Below, in pieces: positions 52,878 to 62,152 of a stretch of 64,000 nucleotides of DNA (position 1 is the stretch's first letter; every line of letters begins with the position of its first letter). Origin of the DNA: an uncultured Rikenellaceae bacterium (GTDB lineage: Bacteria > Bacteroidota > Bacteroidia > Bacteroidales > VadinHA17); contig CAZXFB010000007.1 of the NCBI GenBank assembly GCA_964639725.1, forward strand, positions 58,177 to 122,176. Direction: 5' to 3'. The notes beneath the pieces are model-generated. The model saw only the letters and a list, made by a program, of their open reading frames with translations. It did no database searches and had not been told where the DNA came from. A program made the position numbers and the translations under genes.

Positions 52878-53681
52878 TTATTTGTTAAGATCACGTATCT
52901 TAATATTTCTGAACCATGATTCATCGTTATGGTTTTGCAGAACAATATGGGCTTTGCGTTTATCATGGAAGCCGGCAATTTTATTGAATTTACTTACTTT
53001 ATAGGCTTCGTCCAGCACAGTTGATCCAAACTCATACTCAAGCACTTTAATTCCGTTAAGCCAATGTTCCACATGTTTTCCATCAACAAGTATCCTGCTG
53101 CTGTTAAACTCACCAATCGGCTTAAGCACAACATTTTTTGAAGGCAGCAGATCATAAAGAGAACCCGAGAACTGTGAAAGCTTTAATTTTCCTTTGTAAA
53201 TATCAGCTCCATCATCAAGTAATTGATACTCAAAACCCAATGCTGAATACTTTGAGCCGTTCTTTTCTGACATCTCTTCAGAAACATTATACTTAAGTCC
53301 GCTGTTGCCTGCTTTATTAATTTTCCACTCAAAAGACAATTCAAAATTATCAAATGTTTCTATGGTCATAAGGTCACCACCCTCAACAGGTCGTCCATCT
53401 GGTAGTTTTTGTCCTGCACTGGTATTAACTTTATTTATAACCCCATCCTTTACAATCCAAAGACCGGTCGGAACATGATCCCTTCCAATTCCTCTCCAGC
53501 CATTAAGTGTCTTTCCATCAAAAAGGAGCCTCCATCCGGCATTTTTTTCAGCTTTGGTAAGAGTATTGATTTTTGATGCCTTTTCTCCCTGGGGACCAGG
53601 TATAACAGTCCAATTAATTAAAAAAACAGATAAGGTCAGAGCAAGAATAATTGAGCTAACTTTTAAATTTCTGGTTTTCAT
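52878..53681 (-). CDS. DUF1080 (3-keto-disaccharide hydrolase-like) secreted protein
   Basis: GWRLLFDGKTLNGWRGIG, LWIVKDGVI, FDNFELSFEWKINKAGNSGLKY, FEYQLLDD and HIVLQNHNDESWFRNIKI. I chose Met at 53681 (MKTRNLKVSSIILALTL). The longest ORF reaches 53732. Confidence 0.75.
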   Translation of the reverse strand: MKTRNLKVSSIILALTLSVFLINWTVIPGPQGEKASKINTLTKAEKNAGWRLLFDGKTLNGWRGIGRDHVPTGLWIVKDGVINKVNTSAGQKLPDGRPVEGGDLMTIETFDNFELSFEWKINKAGNSGLKYNVSEEMSEKNGSKYSALGFEYQLLDDGADIYKGKLKLSQFSGSLYDLLPSKNVVLKPIGEFNSSRILVDGKHVEHWLNGIKVLEYEFGSTVLDEAYKVSKFNKIAGFHDKRKAHIVLQNHNDESWFRNIKIRDLNK

Positions 53682-53798
53682 TTTAAGATATTTTAATTTA
53701 TAAATATTACATGATATTTGTTTAACTGACATTTCAAATTATTTTTTAAATGTAGTATATCTGTATAAATCAAAAATATTTATTTTAATTAAATATTG

Positions 53799-56030
53799 TT
53801 AATTTTTACCATACAGTTTCCTGAATTCATTGAATGCTCCGATAGCCTGGGTAGCTTCAAAACCATCAGGGGCGTTACCGTCAGCGGAAGATACATGAGC
53901 TACAACAACCATATTCCTTAGCTCGTCTGCATATTTTTCTACAATTGCAAACTCCCTGGATGCCAATATTATATTGCCTTTTTTATGAAATAGAGAGGTT
54001 CGAATCATATGATAGATGAACCTGTACATCGAATAACCATAATCAAATCTCTCCTTGTCTTCTTCCAGACGCTTTTGTTCTAAAGGATTAAGGCAATTTA
54101 GCAGAGACTCTTCGAGATACCTCTTTGCCAATTCCATGGCATCCATCATTTCAGTCAGATCAGGTCCGTCGTTAAGTAACGGATGAAATTCATCATATTG
54201 TAAATGATCGAGAGGAAAAATCTCTCCCTTTAGCAGTCGGCTTCTCAGAGTATAGCTTTTCCCGTTTCCGGTTTCTACGTAATGTTTAAATACTTTAATA
54301 TTTGAAGTAGCAAATTCAAGCTGTTCATAGAATTTTTCTGAAGTTGCAGTTGTGGTAGGATAATATTTTTTGAAATAATCACCTTTAATTAAACCGGAAT
54401 TAGAGTTAATATCCCAAAGAAGTTTCCCCATAAGGTATTGATTCAGAGTCCATGTACCCCATAATGTATCAGGAGTATGCATATAATGGAATTGTCGTGC
54501 CCCATTGTGATAATACCATGGTATATCAACAGCCATTATCCTGGAAAAAACCACTGGCATATTTTTGAAAGAACTGACGTTGAAATATTCACCAACAAAC
54601 ATTGATCCTTTGTAGTACCTTTGATCACCCATTGTCCAGCCCTGAAAGGCCTTTAACTGCCATTGATTTATTTCAGTACAGACAGGATCTGCAAATGGGT
54701 GAACATAACATCTTCCGATAGGAAAAAAAGTTATTGAACTGTTTTTATAATCATAATCTTCAGGTAAAGGTTTTGTTGGAGGTTCAAGAGTTGCATGATA
54801 AGCAATACTGCTCACTTCGACACGGCGATTAAGTTTGCCAGACTGATTTAGCTTTTTCAGCTCTTTCAGAATATCATATGTCACTATAAGCAGTCTGTCT
54901 GAGTATGAACCAGCTGATTGCTTACATAAATCGCAACTACACCACAGGTTTGGACCTCCGTCAAATAGCCAGAATTCAAACAAATCGACATATTTCCATT
55001 GCCCGTCAATTAACTGTTGGGCAATTTTTTTTGCAAATTCTTTCCGGGCATCAACATTTGAAGTGCAGAAATTAGTCCCTGTCTGGGAGGCGTTATCAGA
55101 ATAAGTAATTTTCATCCGCTTACCATCCTTCATTCCATACCATTCAGGATGAGCTTCAAAATATGACAGTTTTCCGTCATTATTTACATCACCTGCATAC
55201 TCATTGCTTACTTTATTCGGATCATCCGGTTTCAACTCATCACCTTTAAAAACCGGATGATTATATGAATATTCATCATCAGAATTGAAAACGATGCCCT
55301 GAGTACGATGACCACCAGCGCTGAGTTTTATTCCAAGCTTTTTTAAAAAACTGACAGGTTGATTCTCAGTGGTCCAGTAGTTAAGTTTATTTCGTGCCAT
55401 CCACAGGAAGAACTCAGAATCAGTTTTCCTGTCGTTCCATGTATAGAATCCTCTTGTTAGATAAGATGGATTCTCTATGATATTAATACCTGTGGGAATT
55501 GTAACACTGGAATCAGGAAATATAGTGCCTTTTTCACCGAGACCAATGAATTTTATTCCAAGTTCTTCAAGGTAACGGTAAACACCATACAAAGTACCAA
55601 TTCTGTCTGCACCTTCAATAATTGTCAGCAATCTTCCATTATCTGAAAAGCTCCTGATACTATAAGATTGCTCGTTTTCAAGGAGCTTCCCTTCAGGCAG
55701 ATCATATTTACCAATAAGTGGATTTGATTTACGGCTGCCTATCAGGAAAACATTACCACTCTTTGGCAAGAAATCTTGCTGGACAATTCTAATTTCAGCT
55801 TGATTTATATTAGTTGCTTCCGGGAGAAATCTTGCAAGTTCCATTGCTGCAAAGCTTTCAGTACAGGCGCGGTCGTCAGACAGATCGCTGTCAAAAAAAT
55901 CAACTTTATCCTCCCCTGTTGCTGCATCCTGAACTGTGGCAAATTTTCCCTTTGTAACAATCATACTTACCTGTGCATGACTTACTAATACATTTAGGGA
56001 TAATAAAATTATTGATATTACTGATTTCAT
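53799..56030 (-). CDS. Secreted DUF4838-like putative glycoside hydrolase
   Basis: Signal peptide from Met 56030 (MKSVISIILLSLNVLVSHAQ). ADRIGTLYGVYRYLEELGIKF resembles the N-domain of the GH20/GH67-like DUF4838 family. The cysteine cluster WCSCDLCK is present. Assigned from memory of the family pattern only. Confidence 0.45.
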   Translation of the reverse strand: MKSVISIILLSLNVLVSHAQVSMIVTKGKFATVQDAATGEDKVDFFDSDLSDDRACTESFAAMELARFLPEATNINQAEIRIVQQDFLPKSGNVFLIGSRKSNPLIGKYDLPEGKLLENEQSYSIRSFSDNGRLLTIIEGADRIGTLYGVYRYLEELGIKFIGLGEKGTIFPDSSVTIPTGINIIENPSYLTRGFYTWNDRKTDSEFFLWMARNKLNYWTTENQPVSFLKKLGIKLSAGGHRTQGIVFNSDDEYSYNHPVFKGDELKPDDPNKVSNEYAGDVNNDGKLSYFEAHPEWYGMKDGKRMKITYSDNASQTGTNFCTSNVDARKEFAKKIAQQLIDGQWKYVDLFEFWLFDGGPNLWCSCDLCKQSAGSYSDRLLIVTYDILKELKKLNQSGKLNRRVEVSSIAYHATLEPPTKPLPEDYDYKNSSITFFPIGRCYVHPFADPVCTEINQWQLKAFQGWTMGDQRYYKGSMFVGEYFNVSSFKNMPVVFSRIMAVDIPWYYHNGARQFHYMHTPDTLWGTWTLNQYLMGKLLWDINSNSGLIKGDYFKKYYPTTTATSEKFYEQLEFATSNIKVFKHYVETGNGKSYTLRSRLLKGEIFPLDHLQYDEFHPLLNDGPDLTEMMDAMELAKRYLEESLLNCLNPLEQKRLEEDKERFDYGYSMYRFIYHMIRTSLFHKKGNIILASREFAIVEKYADELRNMVVVAHVSSADGNAPDGFEATQAIGAFNEFRKLYGKN

Positions 56031-56164
56031 TGTCTGATGATTAAGTATTTTTATTAATAATTCTTCAACATTTGACAATATGTACAGGAATACAAATTAA
56101 AAGAAATGCCAGAATGGTTTTATTCTGGCATTCCGTGCGTATTTCAGATCAAATACGATGAATT

Positions 56165-57547
56165 TTATTTTTTAAACGGACCGGGGAAACTTATTAGATC
56201 GGTTCGTGTCTTTCCGTTCTCTGTGATCCTGCCCAGAGTATATACAGTACCGTCATCACCTATTGCAATCGAGTTCACATAAAGAGGCCGTGAGCCATCA
56301 GGATAAAATACAGCACCATGATCCAGATATTTACCTGTAGGTATATCATATGTGATCAGATGAAGATCTTCAAGTCCTTTTGCCTCACCTTTTGCAGTTG
56401 AAGAGGCACCCATTACACGTTTGCCATCGACATAAATCGGACCACCGGTCAGATAATAAATTGTCCGGCCATCAGGTCCAAGTTTGAAACCCAGATATCC
56501 GTAACTGAACTGGTCGCCCATACCTGTAAGTTTTGAAGGAACAGATGTAAGTCTTTCAAGAACTTCCATACGTGGGATTGCAGGATCGAAACGAAACAGA
56601 TATCCTGAATTACCATGAACACCATAAACTTTTTTATCAGGAGCATACCAGAATACCTGGCGCCAGTTGTAGGCCATACTTCCTGAAGTAAAAATATCAT
56701 ATGTTCCAAAGTAATCCTTCTTCATATCTTCCCCTTCAATTGTTTCAACAACATCCGATCCGAGTTTGAGGCGCTTTATCTGTCCCTCTGCATTAGTCAG
56801 ATACACAGTGCCATTATCAGGATCAATGGCAATTGACCGGCAAACTACGCGAAAATCTTTATCCCAACCATCTTCACCTTTACCTGTAAACGGACCAAGA
56901 TCTTTCATTTCCTTTTTTGCAACATCATAACGGAAGAGGATACCTGTAGGCCATGACAAACCATAGATCAGACCACGCTGGGGATCCATGTTCATTGTAA
57001 TAATACCTTCCTTATTCGGACCAATTCCAAGATCTTCAAATTTCTTCGTTTTCATGTCATAGGCAAGCAGATGTCCACCACGATATGCTTTGTAGTCCCC
57101 GGTAGGAAGACCTGTTTTTTCCATACCTTTGATTATACTATAGTAACCAAGGTGAGTGGCAAAATAGAGTTTACCGTTTGATTCTACAAAGTTCACATGG
57201 CTTTTACCCTGGGCAACTACTTTCATATCTTTCTCACCGCAAATCTCAGTAAGGTCACCAAGAAATTCAGTCGCATTGGACTTGGGATCAAATACGAACA
57301 TCTGACCGGCAACATCCATTAACTGTGAGCAAAGTACATAATAAATCTTCCCATCGCTGGCAGAAGAAATGCCATTATATGTGTCATGGGCATGTACAAA
57401 GCCTGAGTTATAAACCGTAGCTGGAATCTTCTTATCAGGAGTTGATTCAACTGCAGGAGCTTCAACTACAGGTTTTGGGGCCTGCTGGCATCCAGCAATT
57501 ATAAACCCAAGTAGTATGATTGTTAATAAAAGTTGGTGTTTTTTCAT
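56165..57547 (-). CDS. Lipoprotein, predicted beta-propeller, function unknown
   Basis: Lipobox IIAGCQQ. Repeated strand-turn units contain DGKIYY, NGKLYFAT, RGLIYGL, GTVYLT, DGRTIYYLT and DGTVYTL. Confidence 0.5.
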   Translation of the reverse strand: MKKHQLLLTIILLGFIIAGCQQAPKPVVEAPAVESTPDKKIPATVYNSGFVHAHDTYNGISSASDGKIYYVLCSQLMDVAGQMFVFDPKSNATEFLGDLTEICGEKDMKVVAQGKSHVNFVESNGKLYFATHLGYYSIIKGMEKTGLPTGDYKAYRGGHLLAYDMKTKKFEDLGIGPNKEGIITMNMDPQRGLIYGLSWPTGILFRYDVAKKEMKDLGPFTGKGEDGWDKDFRVVCRSIAIDPDNGTVYLTNAEGQIKRLKLGSDVVETIEGEDMKKDYFGTYDIFTSGSMAYNWRQVFWYAPDKKVYGVHGNSGYLFRFDPAIPRMEVLERLTSVPSKLTGMGDQFSYGYLGFKLGPDGRTIYYLTGGPIYVDGKRVMGASSTAKGEAKGLEDLHLITYDIPTGKYLDHGAVFYPDGSRPLYVNSIAIGDDGTVYTLGRITENGKTRTDLISFPGPFKK

Positions 57548-57673
57548 AAGTCTTTCGTTTTTATCTTTCTGATTTATTAATAGTTTTTCCTAAAAGTTCT
57601 CTGTTTTAATGTGATTCAGTCTGCTTTCAGAGTGAATCAGAATAATTAAATGCAGAAGAGTAACAGATCAGGA

Positions 57674-59053
57674 TCATTTTTTATTTTTGATCTTGTCGGC
57701 ATTTTTATATATTCTTCCTATTGCTGTAGCAATATCATCCATATCAGACTTCTCAGCAAGTAACATGTTCTGCCCAAACCAGACTGCCTCTTCACATAAA
57801 ATATCATTTACAGGGCATTCATTACGCTCCATATATTTTTTATAATCAAGCAATTCGGCAGGATGCATAAGCTGAAAATTCTTTGATTTAAAGGCATTTT
57901 CTAAATATGGCATCTTATTAAGCGGAGTGTATCCGGATGAAGCAGGAATTCCTTCTGCACCCAGAGCTTTCAGGAATTCTCCTCTTGAAAGGTCTTTAAA
58001 CTCTTCTTTCTTGTACCGGAAGGGGAACAGATGGAAAGCAGCCCGTGTAACCTTGTCGTTAAATTTATAGGGTAAAATACCAGGGGTCTTCTTTATCTGT
58101 GCTCTAAGGTAAGCTGCATTCTCATTTCGTTTTGTTGTTTGCTCTTCCAGGCGCTTTAGCTGGGCAAGACCAATAGCAGCCTGATATTCAGCCATCCTGA
58201 GTTTTGTTCCGGCAATTACAGTTCCTGCACCTACTTCACCAACCATGGTTCCGTAAGCATTTCCATAATTATGAAATGAGTAACACCTGTCCATTAATGC
58301 ATCGTCATCACTCACAATAGCACCCCCTTCACCAATTGGAATGTTCTTGGAATTCTGAAAACTGAAACAGCCTGCATTACCAAAAGTTCCAACTTTTTTG
58401 TGGTCTATTTCTGCAAGCCAACCCTGGCATGCATCTTCAACAACAAGAAGGTTATGTTTTTTAGCAATAGCCATTATTTTAATCATATCTGCAGGTAACC
58501 CTAAAATATGAACTGGAACAATTGCTTTTGTTCTGGGAGTTATTTTAGCTTCAATTTTAGCAGGATCAATCTGGAATGTTTCCGGATCTGTGTCAGCAAA
58601 AATTGGCATCGCTCCAGTCTGAAGTACTGCTGCGATAGTTGCTATAAAAGTATAGGGAGGAACAATTACTTCGTCCCCACCCCCTATTCCGAGCTGTATC
58701 ATAGCAGCAATAAGAGCATTGGTCCCATTTACAACAGCAAGACACCTTTTTGCACCGATAGCTTCAGCCCATTTCTTCTCGAATTCAGTAACAACGCCTG
58801 CACGCGACCAGGTGCCACTACGGATAACTTTCATAAGTTGCTCCTCATCAGTGGCAGGATTCCACATTGGCCACTCAGGCCAGCCTTTGGTTCTTATTTT
58901 CTGACCACCAAGAATAGCAGGAACAGCAGTATCAGTAGCGCAATTTGCCAATAGAGTAGGTGTTACACCCAAAGCGACAGCGGCACCAATACCTGCCAGT
59001 GAATTTTGTTTTACAAATTCACGTCTTGAAAAATTTTTCTTTGACATAATCAA
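57674..59053 (-). CDS. Tat-leader DegT/DnrJ/EryC1/StrS-family PLP aminotransferase (tandem copy 3)
   Basis: Leader SKKNFSRREFVKQNSLAGIGAAVALG. Other motifs are VNGTNALIAAMIQL, GDEVIVPP, VVEDACQGW and the PLP-lysine block CFSFQNSKNIPIGEGGAI. It is most similar to the 20542-21894 copy. Confidence 0.85.
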   Translation of the reverse strand: MIMSKKNFSRREFVKQNSLAGIGAAVALGVTPTLLANCATDTAVPAILGGQKIRTKGWPEWPMWNPATDEEQLMKVIRSGTWSRAGVVTEFEKKWAEAIGAKRCLAVVNGTNALIAAMIQLGIGGGDEVIVPPYTFIATIAAVLQTGAMPIFADTDPETFQIDPAKIEAKITPRTKAIVPVHILGLPADMIKIMAIAKKHNLLVVEDACQGWLAEIDHKKVGTFGNAGCFSFQNSKNIPIGEGGAIVSDDDALMDRCYSFHNYGNAYGTMVGEVGAGTVIAGTKLRMAEYQAAIGLAQLKRLEEQTTKRNENAAYLRAQIKKTPGILPYKFNDKVTRAAFHLFPFRYKKEEFKDLSRGEFLKALGAEGIPASSGYTPLNKMPYLENAFKSKNFQLMHPAELLDYKKYMERNECPVNDILCEEAVWFGQNMLLAEKSDMDDIATAIGRIYKNADKIKNKK

Positions 59054-59077
59054 TTTCTTTTATGATTTTCAATAATA

Positions 59078-60448
59078 TCAGATAGAATTTAATTTATCTC
59101 TGTTATCATACACTTTCATGATTGCATTGATAACATCATCCATATCGGCAAGTGTTCCAAGTAAAGGACCTGATGCCCAAAGCATTACCATATCTTCACA
59201 TACCTTATCACACATAGGAAGTGCCAGTTCAGTCTGGAATTTCTTGAGTCTTGCTGAACCATAAAATTTCTTGTATTCAGGTAATGTCTGAATATGCTGG
59301 GTCCAGGGTTCTTTATGCAAGCCATTTGCAATGTAAGGACTAAGTACAATACCTTCAGCGGAAACAGCTTTCAGAAATTTATCGCGTGGTGCGTTATTGA
59401 AATGTTCTTTTTTATAAGACCATGTATAGAGGTAAAATGAGCCAGCAGTAGTTCCTTCGTATAACTTCTGAGGAACAAGACCCGGGCAACCTTTGAGTTT
59501 TTCAGTAAGGTATTTTGCATTTCTGTTACGCAAGTTATGACGCTCCTTAACACCAGGTAACTGTCCAAGAAGAACAGCACCTTCAAATTCATTCATACGA
59601 TACTTCGAACCAATAGTCTCTGTTTTACCACGTTTTGAAGTACCATGATTCTGAACAGTATAGCACTTATCCATCAATTCATCATTATTACTGATGATTC
59701 CTCCTCCTTCACCGCATGATATGACTTTGCTTGTCTGGAAGCTGAAGCAGCCGACATCACCAATAGTTCCCAGCACTTTACCTTGGTATTCAGCAAGATG
59801 TGCCTGACAGGCATCTTCAATCACCAGTAAGTTGTTTTTCTTGGCAATTGCCATAATACGTTCCATATTAGCAGGTTGTCCCATAATATGAACAGGCATA
59901 AGCGCCTTTGTTCTTTTTGTTATCTTCCTTTCTACATCATCCGGATCAAGCTGGAATGAATCAGGATCCAGATCTGCCATAACTGGAAGAACACGGCTGA
60001 CCAAAATTCCCTGGATTGTACCCGGATCTGTATAAGGTGAAGTAATGATCTCATCGCCAGGTCCGATTCCCAAAGCTTCAACAGCTGTATTCAGTGACTG
60101 GGTACCTGAACCGGTACATACACTGGATTTTGTTCCCATTAACTTTGCAAACTCTTTTTCAAAAGTCGGAACAGTTCCATTTGCGGACTGTATTCTGCAC
60201 CAGATACCACTGCGGGTAGTCTTCACAATCTCTTCAACAACTCTCTCATCAACATATGGCCAATCGGGCCAAACTTTTGCCGGAGCAACAGGTGTACCAC
60301 CCAAAATAGCGAGTTTGCCGGAATTATTGTTAATTGAAGTAATTCCGCCAAATGATGGGATAGCACTTGAAACAACCGCTGCTGCTGACCCTGCTGATAC
60401 TGTTGAAATAAAATTCCTTCTTGTAAATTCTTTCTTTTTCATTTGCAT
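59078..60448 (-). CDS. Tat-leader DegT/DnrJ/EryC1/StrS-family PLP aminotransferase (tandem copy 2)
   Basis: Leader KKEFTRRNFISTVSAGSAAAVVSS. Other motifs are GSGTQSLNTAVEAL, GDEIITSP, VIEDACQAH and CFSFQTSKVISCGEGGGI. Confidence 0.85.
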   Translation of the reverse strand: MQMKKKEFTRRNFISTVSAGSAAAVVSSAIPSFGGITSINNNSGKLAILGGTPVAPAKVWPDWPYVDERVVEEIVKTTRSGIWCRIQSANGTVPTFEKEFAKLMGTKSSVCTGSGTQSLNTAVEALGIGPGDEIITSPYTDPGTIQGILVSRVLPVMADLDPDSFQLDPDDVERKITKRTKALMPVHIMGQPANMERIMAIAKKNNLLVIEDACQAHLAEYQGKVLGTIGDVGCFSFQTSKVISCGEGGGIISNNDELMDKCYTVQNHGTSKRGKTETIGSKYRMNEFEGAVLLGQLPGVKERHNLRNRNAKYLTEKLKGCPGLVPQKLYEGTTAGSFYLYTWSYKKEHFNNAPRDKFLKAVSAEGIVLSPYIANGLHKEPWTQHIQTLPEYKKFYGSARLKKFQTELALPMCDKVCEDMVMLWASGPLLGTLADMDDVINAIMKVYDNRDKLNSI

Positions 60449-60478
60449 TGATATAAAAATTTATAATATTCTGTTAGG

Positions 60479-61843
60479 TTAAATTGTAGTCAATAGATCT
60501 CTGTTATCGTATACTTTCATAATTGCATTGATTATATCATCCATATCCTCTTTAGTTCCGAGAAGAGGGCCCGGTCCTGCAAGAACGATAACATCACGGC
60601 AAACATTATCACAGTTTGGAAAATTAAGTCCATCATGATACTCCTTTAGTCTTTGTGGGGAATACATCTTCTGATATACTTTCATATTCATAATATAATC
60701 GGTCCATGGCTCTTTATGTAAACCATGTGCGATATAACCACTTAGCCCGATACCTTCAGCAGCAATTGCTTTCAAAAATTTACTGCGTTCAACACCATTA
60801 AATTGTTCTTTGTGATATGTCATTGCAAATTTGTAATAAGCACTGCTGGTTGTTCCTTCGTACTGTTTCTGTGGAGTGAGTCCCTTGAAATCTTTAAGTT
60901 TTGCTCTGAGGTAATTGGCATTACTATTTCGGATTTCATGACGCTCTTTAAAACCTGGCAACTGACCCATCAGGATCGCACCTTCAAATTCAGTCATCCT
61001 GTATTTTGGACCTATTCTCTCTGTAACACCTTTACGTGTAGTTCCATGGTTCTGAACAGTAAATATCCTTTCCATCATCATCTCATCATTACCTACAACA
61101 CCACCACCTTCACCGCATGAAATGACTTTACTTTCCTGAAAGCTGAAAGAACCCAGATCACCAATAGTTCCAATTTTTTTACCTTGATATTCAGCAAGAT
61201 GGGCCTGACAAGAATCTTCAATCACTTTAAGATTATGTTTTTTGGCTATTGCCATGATTTTTTCCAGATTACATGGTACACCCATTATGTGTACAGGCAT
61301 AATTGCTTTTGTATTGGGAGTTATTTTTCTTTCAACATCAGCAGGATCTATCTGATACGATTCCGGATCAAGGTCAGCCATTACTGGTAATGCCCTGCAA
61401 ACAAGTATTGCAGCAATTGTTCCCATATCGCTGTAAGGAGAAGTTATAACTTCATCTCCTGCTCCTATTTCCAGTGCTTCAACGCATGTATTAAGTGCCT
61501 GTGTTCCAGATCCTGTCCCAACGAAAAATTTTGCACCAAGCATGCCGGCAAACTGCTGTTCAAAGGCCGTAACTGTACTATTCTTTACTCCCATTCTGCA
61601 CCATTTTCCACTGTTAGTAGTGGCAACGATTGAATCAACTACATTTTTATCAATAAATGGCCAGCTGTGCCATGGTTTATTTTTCCGTACAGGATCTCCA
61701 CCAAGAATTGCCAGTTTACTGGCTGCATTGGTAGTACCCGAAATATTCATAATTGAAGGAATAGTACCTGAAGCAACTGCAGCAACAGAACCTGCTGAAA
61801 CAACGGAGACAAAGCGCCTCCTGGTAAAATCTTTTGTTCTCAT
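60479..61843 (-). CDS. Tat-leader DegT/DnrJ/EryC1/StrS-family PLP aminotransferase (tandem copy 1)
   Basis: Leader MRTKDFTRRRFVSVVSAGSVAAVASG. Other motifs are GSGTQALNTCVEAL, GDEVITSP, VIEDSCQAH and SFSFQESKVISCGEGGGV. It is a close paralog of 59078-60448. Confidence 0.85.
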   Translation of the reverse strand: MRTKDFTRRRFVSVVSAGSVAAVASGTIPSIMNISGTTNAASKLAILGGDPVRKNKPWHSWPFIDKNVVDSIVATTNSGKWCRMGVKNSTVTAFEQQFAGMLGAKFFVGTGSGTQALNTCVEALEIGAGDEVITSPYSDMGTIAAILVCRALPVMADLDPESYQIDPADVERKITPNTKAIMPVHIMGVPCNLEKIMAIAKKHNLKVIEDSCQAHLAEYQGKKIGTIGDLGSFSFQESKVISCGEGGGVVGNDEMMMERIFTVQNHGTTRKGVTERIGPKYRMTEFEGAILMGQLPGFKERHEIRNSNANYLRAKLKDFKGLTPQKQYEGTTSSAYYKFAMTYHKEQFNGVERSKFLKAIAAEGIGLSGYIAHGLHKEPWTDYIMNMKVYQKMYSPQRLKEYHDGLNFPNCDNVCRDVIVLAGPGPLLGTKEDMDDIINAIMKVYDNRDLLTTI

Positions 61844-62092
61844 AATATATGTATTGTTTATAACAGATAAATACAGAATTAAAATTTATTTAAAGACGTC
61901 CTGCAATGAAAAAACCACATTATTAAAATATTTTTCAGCAAATTAACAGGGCCATTCTTTAATATGTTTGACATATAACAAAAATCTACTATTATATTAA
62001 ATTAAAACAGGCAATTTAAAATAAAATTTTCACATTTTTATAATGATCTGCCTAATAATCTAATTCTTTGCTATCCAGAGATAATTATACTT

Positions 62093-62130
62093 AAAATAAA
62101 GGTGGGTAAATCATTGAGATTAACCCACCC
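62093..62130 (-). terminator. Putative intrinsic terminator after the DUF1735-like gene
   Basis: The minus strand reads GGGTGGGTTAA-tctcaatga-TTTACCCACC followed by TTTATTTT. It begins about 20 nt after the stop at 62153. Confidence 0.5.
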
Positions 62131-62152
62131 TATCATAAAAAACTTCAATTAA

